Part shown: positions 39,124-48,597 of the stretch, piece after piece | Numbering within the stretch: position 1 is the first letter of the stretch | How the letters are laid out: every line of letters starts with the position of its first letter | Assembly: GCA_963846575.1 (NCBI GenBank) | Contig: CAWJWJ010000001.1 | Location: 1,056,001-1,120,000, forward strand | Source of the DNA: an uncultured Nitrospiraceae bacterium | GTDB taxonomy: Bacteria; Nitrospirota; Nitrospiria; Nitrospirales; Nitrospiraceae | Reading direction: 5' to 3' | DNA length: 64,000 nt | The notes under the pieces: model-generated | What the model was told of the DNA's origin: nothing | Databases searched by the model: none | The model's input: the letters and a program-made list of their open reading frames with translations, nothing else | Made by a program: the position numbers and the translations under genes

Positions 39124-41199
39124 CTAGAATCTGAGGGTCAACCACCCCATCACCCGTCGGCCGATGAGATCGCCGAGGGGATGTTCCTTATGTTCATCAT
39201 TAAGCGCATTGAAAACCGATACGGCGACTTCGGCATCACGCATGTATCCCGCCGCAGCCTTCTCCTGCCAGAACCTGTACCCGGCTCGCATGTTCAATAG
39301 ATTGTACCCGCCCACACGGTCAGAAGGTGCGGTGACGCCGGTCGTGGGAATATCCGCGAGAAGAGTCAGGCTTTGGGCCAGGGGATAGGTCGCTGCTCCG
39401 ACGTAATAATAACCGATCTCTCCGCTCAAGCCGTTCTCCCATTCAGTTCGTACGCCCGCACTGACTTTCGATCTGGGCGCTCCCCGCCTGACGGTGCCGG
39501 AGAAGGATTGGCCGATTTCCTCATAGGAATAATTGGCAAATCCGCTCAACCAGCGAGTCGCGAGAAATTCCACGCCTGCTTCACCCCCGTAAATGTCCGC
39601 CGATCCCTGATCATTCACAAACCTCGAGGCGCCGTCGGCTACGATGCGGTTGCCGATCAAGTCCGAGAGATGGTTGAAGAACAGATTCGCGCGAACTCTG
39701 AGACGATGTTTCCAGTACCAGCCCTGGTATCCGGCCTCGTAAGAAATGATCTGTTCCGGCGCGAGACCCGTATTGCCTGTGACCGGGATGGTCGAGGACA
39801 CCGATTGGGGAAAGGGAAGTGGCAGGCCTGTGGGAATGGTGGTGGTGACCCGCTGGTCTTGATGCGATTCGAAGAGCGTCGGGGGCCGGTAGGCTGCGGA
39901 CCCGGACAGATGAAACGTGTGGCCCTCGAAGGGTTGGTAGAGGATCGCCACACGGGGACTCCAGGTTCCATTGATTTGGGAGTGGAGGTCGTATCGTAAG
40001 CCGGCCACGACCGTCAGAGCGGTCCCGGCTCGCCATTCATCCTGCAGAAAAAATCCCAGTCTGTCTTCCCGGCTGAATTGGTCGGTGGCGCTGCTCGAAA
40101 GGGAGTTGTGCCGATAGGTGACCCCGTACAGCAGCCGATTGGCGGCCCAGAGATTCGCCGCATGTTGCACGTCGACGTTATACGTATTTCCAGAAAATGG
40201 ATTGGTTGAACTCCCGTTGCGGTCGGTAATCCGCAGCAGGTTGACCAATTGAGGGACGGGACTCAGTGTGGCATCGTCCCGGTAGCCCGACCACCAGGCC
40301 CGAACGAGGAATGTGCCCCGCTCATACAGGACGTTGGCATACCCTAAGGAAGGGCGGATGGAATTACTGGTCACTTCACCCACCTGCCCGTCGTAGCGGT
40401 TGGTCTCGACGAGCCCGCCCGACAGATGCAGTCTGGAAACGGACGACAGGGCATAGTCGGTCTCGACGTTGAATTTGTGCGACCGGAAGGCGAGCGCATC
40501 ATGGTCGCGCCATTGCTGCGTCTGGTCCCGGCCGATCGAGAGGCGATACCCGAACTTGCCGACGGTGCCGGCGTGAACGGCGGCGCTGCTGAGGGTTCCC
40601 AGTTCTCCTCCTCCGACTTGGAGGGTGGTTCCTTTCATTTCCTCCGCCGATTTGGTGATGATGTTGATCACACCATCGAACGCGTTAAACCCATACATCG
40701 CGGAAGCGGGCCCCTTGAGGACTTCAATGCGTTTGATTTCGGGCAACGTGACGGGGATGGATTTCCAGAAAACGGTTCCCTGGACGTCCAGGTAGATGGA
40801 TCGTCCATCGACCATAACCAGCATTTTGTTTGCGAAGGGCTGGTTGTCTCCCCTCGCACTCACGTTGAAGTCGGCCCCGGTCATCTGCATGACCTCGAGG
40901 CCCGGGACACGACGTAGCACGGTGGGCAAATCGATCGCGCCCGATTGTCGAATCTCTTCATCGGTAATCACATAGACGTTTGACGGCGCTTGCGAGATTG
41001 GCTGCTCGTATCGACTCGCGATGCTGACGGTCTCTTCCTCTTTCAGGAGTTCCAGTTCATCGCTCGCAACCGGAGAGGCCATAAATTCCGGTGTCTCCAT
41101 GACGGACGTTTCGGCCAGTGCGCCGGTGGCCAGTCCGACCGCCAGCAGCGGCGCCAGTAACGGATGCTGCATCCGGATGAATTCAGTCATCACCAGCAT
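39124..41199 (-). CDS. TonB-dependent receptor (plug + beta-barrel)
   Basis: APSNVYVIT..IRQSG..LRRVPG plug; IKRIEVLKGPASAMYG..GVINIITK; C-terminal F. Confidence 0.93.
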   Translation of the reverse strand: MLVMTEFIRMQHPLLAPLLAVGLATGALAETSVMETPEFMASPVASDELELLKEEETVSIASRYEQPISQAPSNVYVITDEEIRQSGAIDLPTVLRRVPGLEVMQMTGADFNVSARGDNQPFANKMLVMVDGRSIYLDVQGTVFWKSIPVTLPEIKRIEVLKGPASAMYGFNAFDGVINIITKSAEEMKGTTLQVGGGELGTLSSAAVHAGTVGKFGYRLSIGRDQTQQWRDHDALAFRSHKFNVETDYALSSVSRLHLSGGLVETNRYDGQVGEVTSNSIRPSLGYANVLYERGTFLVRAWWSGYRDDATLSPVPQLVNLLRITDRNGSSTNPFSGNTYNVDVQHAANLWAANRLLYGVTYRHNSLSSSATDQFSREDRLGFFLQDEWRAGTALTVVAGLRYDLHSQINGTWSPRVAILYQPFEGHTFHLSGSAAYRPPTLFESHQDQRVTTTIPTGLPLPFPQSVSSTIPVTGNTGLAPEQIISYEAGYQGWYWKHRLRVRANLFFNHLSDLIGNRIVADGASRFVNDQGSADIYGGEAGVEFLATRWLSGFANYSYEEIGQSFSGTVRRGAPRSKVSAGVRTEWENGLSGEIGYYYVGAATYPLAQSLTLLADIPTTGVTAPSDRVGGYNLLNMRAGYRFWQEKAAAGYMRDAEVAVSVFNALNDEHKEHPLGDLIGRRVMGWLTLRF

Positions 41200-42090
41200 G
41201 TCCCGGAACTCGCATCGGGCTTCACCACCAGGCTACCTGTGACCCGGCCGAGCGTTGGTCTCGCCTTCCCAGTGCCCCCGCTGTCCCGCCGGTGATGTCC
41301 GGACTCAGCCGGTTATGCGGCCGGAAACCCAGGCCCGGTAGCGGCACCACCTTGTCGGTGTTCATGCTGAGGGAGACCGCCGGTCCGCTGCTCCCGCTGG
41401 CGTGCCGGATGCCAGGCGAGACAAGTCACCGGTCGTGGAGGCAACGGGTATGACGCTGTCTCGTTGTAAATTGCACATAAAGACGGTGGCGCACCGGTGG
41501 CTGAGTCAGTTGGAGGTGTGCCGCGACCATGAGGATGACACGCCGAAGGTCGACCGCAGACCATCAGCGGGAGTGGTCTCGATGATGGTGAGGACAGCGC
41601 GTAGGGGAGCGACGGGTTGTTCGCGGCCCGTGGCGGCGCCGACCCCCTGTCCTCGAGGGAAGATAGGCTCCGGGCGCGCCTGTCGCGTGATGCGGCGGAA
41701 ACAGGCTGTGGTTCGTCACGGGCCGGAGTGGGGAGAGTGCCAGTCAAGATTAGCTACCCTCCTCGCTGGAGGAGCTCACTCGTCGATGTAGTGCTTCTAT
41801 CCGGCAGGGAACGGATTTATGAGTCATTTCATGGGGAGGACCATAACTGGCGCCGGTTGCTCTGACCCCGCTGTATGTGGGTTGGTACGGCATCGTGTAC
41901 TCTCGCCGCCATTCACAAAATGGTTGGAATATGTCCGCACACATCGGGTCTACGGGTTCACAAGGACTCTCGCAAAAGACGTGCTTAACGGGGTGGGCAG
42001 AGGCAGGCAAGGGGGGGGCGAAATGTACAGGAATCCACGCGATTCCTATGCAGTTCGTGGACGGGGGGATTGCTGAGAAGTATCTTTGTG

Positions 42091-42384
42091 CTAAGCGCGT
42101 ATCTGAGTAGATACAGGCTGTATTTCTTCAGATACAGGCATCTGAACAGCCTTGCCCGCGCGGGGCCGACCGGGCCTGAGGTTTTGAAGCCGGGGTGCGA
42201 AGGGTCGGCCGTTCCTCGACTCAAGGTCCTGCAGGAGATCCTCGAGCGCCGCCGAGATGAGACCAGCCATGGTGCTCCCGGTCGTCCAGTAGGCGGCATC
42301 GCGGACCCGTTCCAAAAGATCGGTCGGCAGACTCACGGTCATTCGCTGGCGCTTCGGGCTTCTCAGGTAGACAAATCGGTTCAT
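42091..42384 (-). CDS. Small ribbon-helix-helix (CopG-like) DNA-binding protein
   Basis: RQRMTVSLPTDLLERVRDAAY beta-strand-helix-helix pattern; AGAAGGAG RBS. Confidence 0.65.
   Translation of the reverse strand: MNRFVYLRSPKRQRMTVSLPTDLLERVRDAAYWTTGSTMAGLISAALEDLLQDLESRNGRPFAPRLQNLRPGRPRAGKAVQMPVSEEIQPVSTQIRA
42099..42135. promoter_or_regulatory. Tandem GTATC-N6-GATAC palindromes (42099-42114, 42120-42135) in the 3' end of the RHH gene
   Basis: GTATCTGAGTAGATAC and GTATTTCTTCAGATAC, 21 bp apart. Confidence 0.55.
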
Positions 42385-42493
42385 GGTGCGACTCCTTCTG
42401 AAGGAGATGGGGCGGACACGCGAAGCGTCTCTTTTGTGTTCTCAGAACACCAGGGCCGCGTGGTCCCGCTGCCCATCGGAGTTGTGTGTGTGC

Positions 42494-42619
42494 TCAGGTG
42501 CCTCTGTGAGAAGCGTGGATGTCGGTTGGCCGTGCGGCGCTCCCTTTTCGAGCCGCGATAAATAGAAGCGCCAGCATTGCACTCATTCCAATTAATAGGC
42601 CGCCCATGACTAGTTCCAT
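42494..42619 (-). CDS. 41-aa single-TM small protein (MELVMGGLLIGMSAMLALLFIAARK...)
   Basis: AAAGGAG RBS; directly downstream of a sigma54 promoter; hydrophobic N-terminus followed by RK. Confidence 0.65.
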   Translation of the reverse strand: MELVMGGLLIGMSAMLALLFIAARKGSAARPTDIHASHRGT

Positions 42620-42680
42620 CTCAGCTCCTTTCGCTCGTGTGAGCAGTGCCGGCGTCTGCACGTATGATACGTTCGACACC

Positions 42681-42696
42681 AGCAACTGCCGTGCCA
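42681..42696 (-). promoter_or_regulatory. sigma54 -24/-12 promoter (TGGCACGGCAGTTGCT)
   Basis: Near-perfect consensus. Confidence 0.85.
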
Positions 42697-42813
42697 TTCC
42701 CTTCGCACTCACAACCTGCGCCATATGTGTAAAGATTCTGAGCAGTTCGAGTCGCGGTGAAATGGCAAGGAGGTCGATTCCAGTGCAATGGGAGGCGATC
42801 GTCTCGAATAACT

Positions 42814-42851
42814 GTATCGGATCAGATGCTAGGGTGTATCTGATTCGATAG
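42814..42851. promoter_or_regulatory. Tandem putative enhancer sites (GTATCGGATCAGATGC; GTATCTGATTCGATAG)
   Basis: 22-bp spacing; ~119 and ~141 bp upstream of the -24 GG. Confidence 0.7.
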
Positions 42852-42916
42852 CATCAGGCAGCTGTGCGGCGGGCGAGGAATGATCAGGACTTGTCCCGGC
42901 GACCGGTAACGGCCCG

Positions 42917-43648
42917 TTACCCCGGCAGGTCAACGCCGGTCTGGTTGAGCAGGTGATCAAGCATCCGGCGCAACGTCTGCTGATCGTCCCCCTGTTCGAT
43001 CAGTTCGAGCAGGCAGGAAACGGCGTCATACCACAGGCCCGAATCGGAATAGCGGAAGATCGATTCCCTGTTGCACGCGGTCCATGTGCAAGGCATGTCG
43101 AGTGTGCAGGCTTCATCGAAAGAAAGTCGCTCGATCACCCCGCCAGCAACCACGTCTCGTGACGGCCGATCCGGATCCACGACCAAGGTCACAAACCACC
43201 GATAGGCTTCCTGCTCCTTGAACTCTACCCCATAGTCCCGGGGCCTGGTGCAGTGGATCCCAGGGCCCACAGGAGCAGGTATCGATTGCTCAAGAATGGG
43301 ACGAAGGCCGCGGGCATCCACCACCGTGACCGTAATAGGCCGGGAGGAACGCGTGGAGAGATACCAACAGAGGGCCGGATCGTTCTTGACCGTGTAGGCG
43401 ACATGATCCGGAACCAGGGCGATGAGCTGGGGCGTGTCCGTCTCGGTGCCTCTGCTCGCTCCGCCTATCCGCGCTCGCGGCCCTGGGTCCTTCCTGGGTT
43501 TATACAGAGGCACGCGCGGATCAGGCGGAGGCGCCACTTCCGCGGCATGACCGGAGGACATGGTCAGAGGAAGCCAGACTGAGCCATGCCATGACATCAG
43601 GGACGTGACAGTCACCACAATCACGAAAGAGAATCTGACGTAGTTCAT
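42917..43648 (-). CDS. DUF928-like exported protein (paralog 2, 243 aa)
   Basis: Pro-rich N-terminus with RIGGASRG, LIALVP, P.LCWY, YRWF and GLWYDAV motifs; signal peptide; GAGGG RBS. Confidence 0.82.
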   Translation of the reverse strand: MNYVRFSFVIVVTVTSLMSWHGSVWLPLTMSSGHAAEVAPPPDPRVPLYKPRKDPGPRARIGGASRGTETDTPQLIALVPDHVAYTVKNDPALCWYLSTRSSRPITVTVVDARGLRPILEQSIPAPVGPGIHCTRPRDYGVEFKEQEAYRWFVTLVVDPDRPSRDVVAGGVIERLSFDEACTLDMPCTWTACNRESIFRYSDSGLWYDAVSCLLELIEQGDDQQTLRRMLDHLLNQTGVDLPG

Positions 43649-43688
43649 ATTGCCCTCGCTCAGGGCTCCACTCGCCCTGCGTATCCCA

Positions 43689-44420
43689 TCAGTGCCGGCG
43701 GGCATGCGTTTGAGCCAGGTCCCATTCTGCCACTTCGTGCAGACCGACTTGCTTCAGGAGCGCCGCACGCTGTTTGTGCAACGTCGCATCCGCCGGATCA
43801 GACTCGATCAGCTCGCTTAGACAGGCCATCGCATCGTACCAAAAGCCTTTGTCCGCACTCACCATCACCGCCTCTTTGGTACAGGTGGTCATGGCGCCCA
43901 GTACCAGGCACTCGCTGAATTCACAGCGTTCGATCATCCCTCCCGTCACGATATCCCGTGACGGAGAGTCGGCGTCTTTAATCACCGAAATATACCAGCG
44001 GTATTGCACGTTTTCCTGCAACGGAAAGCCCAGGTCCTCGAGTTTGACGGCATAGACACCGGCCTGCTTGGGAGGGGTGATGACCTGCTCCACCAGTGCA
44101 CGGATCGACCGCTCATCGATCAAGGTGAATCTGATCGGTAATGCCGTGGACTTGGAAAGGAACCAATTGAGCGCCGGACGTTGCTTGGCGGTATAACCAA
44201 CGTGATCAGGAACAAGCGCGGCGATCGCGGGATCTTCTCCGTCGCTGCCCCGTAGGTTCCCCGCGATCCTGGCCCTGGGCGTGGGCTGCTGCGGCGCATG
44301 GTAGGTCGGCATCGTGGGCTCGACCTCCGTCACCGTTTCGCCGGCGCCCATGAGCAGGATGGCGGCGAGTGCCGTGGCGCTCATCCTGAGGGTCATGCTG
44401 AATCGGGGCCAGGTCGCCAT
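43689..44420 (-). CDS. DUF928-like exported protein (paralog 1, 243 aa)
   Basis: RIAGNLRG, AALVP, P.LNWF, YRWY, GFWYDAM and LLKQVGL motifs; AGAGG RBS. Confidence 0.85.
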   Translation of the reverse strand: MATWPRFSMTLRMSATALAAILLMGAGETVTEVEPTMPTYHAPQQPTPRARIAGNLRGSDGEDPAIAALVPDHVGYTAKQRPALNWFLSKSTALPIRFTLIDERSIRALVEQVITPPKQAGVYAVKLEDLGFPLQENVQYRWYISVIKDADSPSRDIVTGGMIERCEFSECLVLGAMTTCTKEAVMVSADKGFWYDAMACLSELIESDPADATLHKQRAALLKQVGLHEVAEWDLAQTHARRH

Positions 44421-44443
44421 GGTGCCACCTCTTGTCATGGGCA

Positions 44444-46786
44444 TTACAGCCAATTGTTCAGCAACAAAAATGCCGACCAATAGGCCGGGTGTTCATAGAG
44501 CCCGTCCGACATGAGTTTCAGCTGTGCAAGTTGCAAAGCACGTGCCTTCGATATCGAGGTGTCATGGAGTTGGCGGTAAAATTCCGAGACGAGTTCGGAA
44601 GACGCTTCGTCATTGATGTACCAGAGCGTGGCGAGCGCACTTCTGGCTCCCGCCTTTACGGCAATACCTGCAAGCCCGAGTGCCGCCCGATCATCCCCGA
44701 TGCCTGTCTGACAGGCGCTCAGCGTGAGCAGCTCCAGCGGATCCTGACGGAAGCGAAACAGTCCCACCAGCCGCTCCAACTGGGTCATGGTCAGCCGATC
44801 GTCGAACGTCAGGAGAAAGGACTGATTGACATCCTTGGTGAACTGGCCATGGGTCGCGATATGAAGGATGCTGTAGTGGCCATCCTTCAACTCATCCTCC
44901 AACCGGGAGGTGACGAAGTTCTTGTCGAGCAGCTGTGCGCCCTTGAATAGGGATTGCAGGTGGTCCATCTCCTCGGCGACATGGGGCAGGGGAGGGAAGC
45001 CTTGCACCCCTTTCGTTAAGCCGCTGGAAAGAAGCTGGGCTCTGGTTCGATCGATCGGTTGAGGGTCCGTTAAGTCGAGTCCGGGGGTCATCGCGACGGC
45101 GTATCGGGCGATCAGAAACTGGGTGCCGTCGTGGAGGGCCGACATGGGAATGGTGCGTAGCGGTCCGTCGGGAACAAAGATCAGCGTGTCCACCTTGAGC
45201 CTGCGCAGATCCGTTTCCAGCGGCCGTAGTAACCAGTCATACAGCTGTTGGGCATGGGGCAGGTATTCGCGGGTGGTTCGCTTCTCAATGGTGCGCCGGA
45301 AGTTGCGTATCTCAGCTGTCAGCGTCGCTGCCGTGACGGGGATAGTCTGCCGCTTGAGCCCCTCGAGGGAACTCACGAGAAGTTCGGTGCGATCGTTAAA
45401 AATGATCGGGTAGATGACGGCCGTCGATGGGGACACCGTATCCAGTTTCGTGATGCGCGCCTGCATCTGGTCGACGCAATCATCCCTGAAGTAGTCGCGC
45501 AGCTCGGCGGCCTTGTAGGCTTCGATGGCGTCGCGTGCGGCTTTCAAGTAAGGTTCGGCCTGCGGGTCATCCCCCATCAGGGCCGCTCGTTGCAGGAGCA
45601 GGTCCGCCGATTCAAAGTACAATGAGCGTATCGAGGGTTGCCCGGGTTCCAGCGAGGTTTGCCAGGCGGATGTGACTTCAGTTCGAATCGGCTTCAACGT
45701 CAGGGCAGCTTCCTGATAGGCCGACAGGGCGTCATCGAGCTTGCCCTGCCGCATCAGCAACCGGCCACTTTGCCACTGCCACCGATACAGCGACTCAGGT
45801 GCGCGGGCGGACTGGGCGGCGAAGACGGCCCGTCGCGTCAGTTGTTGGGCTTCATCGAAGCGGCGCTCATCTTCATAGAGATGGCCGAGATGCCCGTAGG
45901 CATACGAGGCCAGGCGCGCATCGCCGCGGTCCTCCGCCATCGCGGCCGCCTCTTGCAGCATCTTCGCAGCCTCGCGCAATGCGTGATCATGAGCGTCCGG
46001 CTGGAACGCCGCGAGGTCCCGATACCCCAGTGCCAGGCTGATGAGGCCATCGGCCTTGTCGTAGGAAGGCGAAGCGGCCGAGAGGATTGTGCCGCCCTCT
46101 CTCAGGGCCGCGGCGGCTTCGTCAAATCGTTGCAACTGCACCGCCACCCGCGCCGTGTTGACCTGAGCGCGAACGCCGAGCATGCTGAGATCTTCTTCCT
46201 TCGCGCGTGTTGCACTTTCCTGAAATGCGGTCAGCGCCTCCGGGAGGAGGCCCTGCAAGGCCCGGACGATTCCAAGATCATTGTGGATTGCGGCCGACAG
46301 GGCCGTGAAGCGCTCGGTCTGTGCGATCTCGCCTGCTTGGGAGAGATATTCGGAGGCGGTGTCATACTGACGGCTCGTCACATAGGTTTTCCCCAGTTCA
46401 GAGAGGGTCACCGTCAGCCATTTGGGGTCACCGGCTGTGCGCGCCAATTGCAAGGCCAGTTCCTGTTGGAGGAAAGCCTGGTTGAGGTGACCCAGCGAGC
46501 GGGCTGCATGGGCGGCATAGGAGAGCGCCTGTATATGGTTTTTTACCTGGCCGGCCCGGTCGTAGAGTTCCGCGGCGGCTTTCCAGGCCACGAGGGCGTC
46601 CTCCAATTGTCCTTGTTGAGCTGCCGAAACGCCCTGTCGCATGAGTTCATCGGCGGAAGGCCCGGAGTTTTGCGCCACTGCCATCGAAGCTGAGAGCAGG
46701 AAGATGACGTAGAGACCGAGGAAGATGGCAACGGAAAGCGGCGTCTTCGAGATGCCCGGACACTGTGTCTGGCGGTAGCGGTTCAT
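44444..46786 (-). CDS. Exported TPR-CHAT domain (caspase/HetF-like, clan CD) protease
   Basis: Signal peptide (..MAVA-Q); TPR repeats; QLYDWLLRP, FVPDGPLRTIP, LHIATHG (His), LTLSACQT (Cys), LATLW and HPAYWSAF. Confidence 0.93.
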   Translation of the reverse strand: MNRYRQTQCPGISKTPLSVAIFLGLYVIFLLSASMAVAQNSGPSADELMRQGVSAAQQGQLEDALVAWKAAAELYDRAGQVKNHIQALSYAAHAARSLGHLNQAFLQQELALQLARTAGDPKWLTVTLSELGKTYVTSRQYDTASEYLSQAGEIAQTERFTALSAAIHNDLGIVRALQGLLPEALTAFQESATRAKEEDLSMLGVRAQVNTARVAVQLQRFDEAAAALREGGTILSAASPSYDKADGLISLALGYRDLAAFQPDAHDHALREAAKMLQEAAAMAEDRGDARLASYAYGHLGHLYEDERRFDEAQQLTRRAVFAAQSARAPESLYRWQWQSGRLLMRQGKLDDALSAYQEAALTLKPIRTEVTSAWQTSLEPGQPSIRSLYFESADLLLQRAALMGDDPQAEPYLKAARDAIEAYKAAELRDYFRDDCVDQMQARITKLDTVSPSTAVIYPIIFNDRTELLVSSLEGLKRQTIPVTAATLTAEIRNFRRTIEKRTTREYLPHAQQLYDWLLRPLETDLRRLKVDTLIFVPDGPLRTIPMSALHDGTQFLIARYAVAMTPGLDLTDPQPIDRTRAQLLSSGLTKGVQGFPPLPHVAEEMDHLQSLFKGAQLLDKNFVTSRLEDELKDGHYSILHIATHGQFTKDVNQSFLLTFDDRLTMTQLERLVGLFRFRQDPLELLTLSACQTGIGDDRAALGLAGIAVKAGARSALATLWYINDEASSELVSEFYRQLHDTSISKARALQLAQLKLMSDGLYEHPAYWSAFLLLNNWL

Positions 46787-48559
46787 TTAGAGTACCTGCA
46801 CGACGAGTTGGAGGTGAATGCCGTGATCCTGCAAGTTGTCCTCCCCGCCACGGACATGATTGAGTTGCTGCCCCCAGTAGACTTCGAACCGGGCTCGGTC
46901 CTGGGGGAGGATCATCCAGCGCAAACCGACACCGACGCTTGCCAGGGTGCGGAGATCGGGCGTCTCACCCTTGGCGCTCCAAGCATGCCCGAAATCGACG
47001 AACTGGGCAAACTGCACCCGGTCTTCACCCGACGGAAATCGCAGCAAGGGAAAACGTGATTCGAAGGAGGCCAACACCGCATCGTCACGAACAAGCGTGT
47101 TCTCACGATATCCGCGCACGCTGAACCGTCCGCCTACGGGCATCTGCTCGAGTGGAAAGAGCCGGTCGCTGGCCAGCTGCGCCGCCACGCGTCCCAAAAA
47201 CTGGACTCCCCACCAATCCTCCACGCGCTTCACGGCCTGCGCCTGACCCAACCAGGAGACAAACCGCCCGTCCGGCAAAGGTCCGCTGTTGATCGTGGCT
47301 CCCAATACATTCACTCCAACGCTCACTCGCGACAGAGCCGCGAATACGAACGAGGGAGAACGATGCGTATATTCCTGACTGAATCGGATCGCGCTGACGG
47401 TGGCGACTCCGGTCGTGGACGAACCGGGGATAAACAGCGAGGGGAGGCCCGGCACGTCAAACGCCGACGTCGTCTTGAGGTACAGATGCTCGCCGGTGAC
47501 AGCCACCGCCAACTCGTCGGTCACGGTACGGTACAGAGGCTGGCGTAGGGAGATCCCGATGATTTCGGAATCCACGTTCAGGTCCAGGGACCGGAAGGGG
47601 TTCTCCACCACCAGAAACGCATTGCGCCGGTAATAGGCGGTCAGCGTAGTCTCATAGGCGTTGAGCGGCAGGCTGTACGACGTATCGATGATGGGATTGA
47701 CGCCGCGCGACCGTCCGTAGGTAAACATGAACTGGTCACCGTTCCCCGTCACATTCTGATGCGCGACCGTCACCAGCCCACGCTCAGCACCTACGACCGG
47801 CGTTTGATAGTTGTTGAAATCCAACCAGGCCCTAAAAGGGTTCGCATCTTTTACGCGCACGTTCAACACGCTTTCGCCCCGTACATCTCCGGGCTTCAGC
47901 TCGGCGTTGATACGTTCGATGCGCGGATCCTGCTGGAGCAGTTGGATTCGTTCTTGAAGCGGGTGGATACTGAGGGGAGTCGAAATGCCGCGCTCGACCC
48001 GGTCGCGCAAATAGGAGCCTCGGAACCAGTCGTTGCCTTCCACGTCGATGCGCGAGAGCCTGCCTTCAATGATCTGGATGACGATGGTCCCGAAGGACAG
48101 GTCTTGATCGGGGATGATGGCGCCGGAGGTCAGATACCCTTTATTCACATACAGGAGAGTCAGGGCGAGGCGAACCCGCTCCAGATCTTCAGATGTGAGT
48201 TCACGATTGCGATAGGGCGCGGTCACCTCAGCCAGTTCAGCATCTGAAAAGACGGTGCTGCCGGTCACGTGGATGTCATGCACAAACACGCGGATGTTTC
48301 CCAACCGGCGGTCGGATGGTGTTTGAGGGGCGGTCGGCACCTGTGGAAGTATTGAGCCCGGCGGTTCCGTCGGCGGCGCCTTGAATTCTTCTCTCAATGG
48401 AGCCGGCGGTTTCCCCGATCGGCCGGTCGGGTCGAAAATCGGCGGGAGCGGGGGAGCGACCTGAGCCCTGGCCGGCGCTTCGGTGAGACAGAGACTCATT
48501 AAAAGACTGGTGAAAAGCCCCGTACACAGTGAACGGCTCTTAAGAATGTTTCTCGCCAA
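46787..48559 (-). CDS. TpsB/ShlB/FhaC/HecB family two-partner-secretion transporter
   Basis: POTRA domains (LYVNKGYLTS, IIEG); GGRFSVRGYREN (VRGY motif); LASVGVGLRW; start codon uncertain. Confidence 0.92.
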   Translation of the reverse strand: MARNILKSRSLCTGLFTSLLMSLCLTEAPARAQVAPPLPPIFDPTGRSGKPPAPLREEFKAPPTEPPGSILPQVPTAPQTPSDRRLGNIRVFVHDIHVTGSTVFSDAELAEVTAPYRNRELTSEDLERVRLALTLLYVNKGYLTSGAIIPDQDLSFGTIVIQIIEGRLSRIDVEGNDWFRGSYLRDRVERGISTPLSIHPLQERIQLLQQDPRIERINAELKPGDVRGESVLNVRVKDANPFRAWLDFNNYQTPVVGAERGLVTVAHQNVTGNGDQFMFTYGRSRGVNPIIDTSYSLPLNAYETTLTAYYRRNAFLVVENPFRSLDLNVDSEIIGISLRQPLYRTVTDELAVAVTGEHLYLKTTSAFDVPGLPSLFIPGSSTTGVATVSAIRFSQEYTHRSPSFVFAALSRVSVGVNVLGATINSGPLPDGRFVSWLGQAQAVKRVEDWWGVQFLGRVAAQLASDRLFPLEQMPVGGRFSVRGYRENTLVRDDAVLASFESRFPLLRFPSGEDRVQFAQFVDFGHAWSAKGETPDLRTLASVGVGLRWMILPQDRARFEVYWGQQLNHVRGGEDNLQDHGIHLQLVVQVL

Positions 48560-48597
48560 TTCGGAAACCCCCTACTCCGGCCTGCCGCCTCAACCCG

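Noticed and set aside
41225..41330. Cobalamin riboswitch upstream of the TonB receptor (minus strand has GGCACTGGGAAGGCG)
   Set aside because: Only this fragment matches; the GGGAA..GGTG.AA.TCC and CCC..AACTGT core and the AG.CAG.A.ACC box are not recognisable. An Infernal search would settle it.
42814..42851. NtcA or CRP/FNR box
   Set aside because: Spacing is GTA-N10-TAC rather than GTA-N8-TAC, and the half-sites do not match TGTGA or TTGAT
44444..46786. CRISPR-associated (Craspase) or gasdermin-linked defence CHAT protease
   Set aside because: No cas genes, repeat array or gasdermin nearby, and the protein has an export signal
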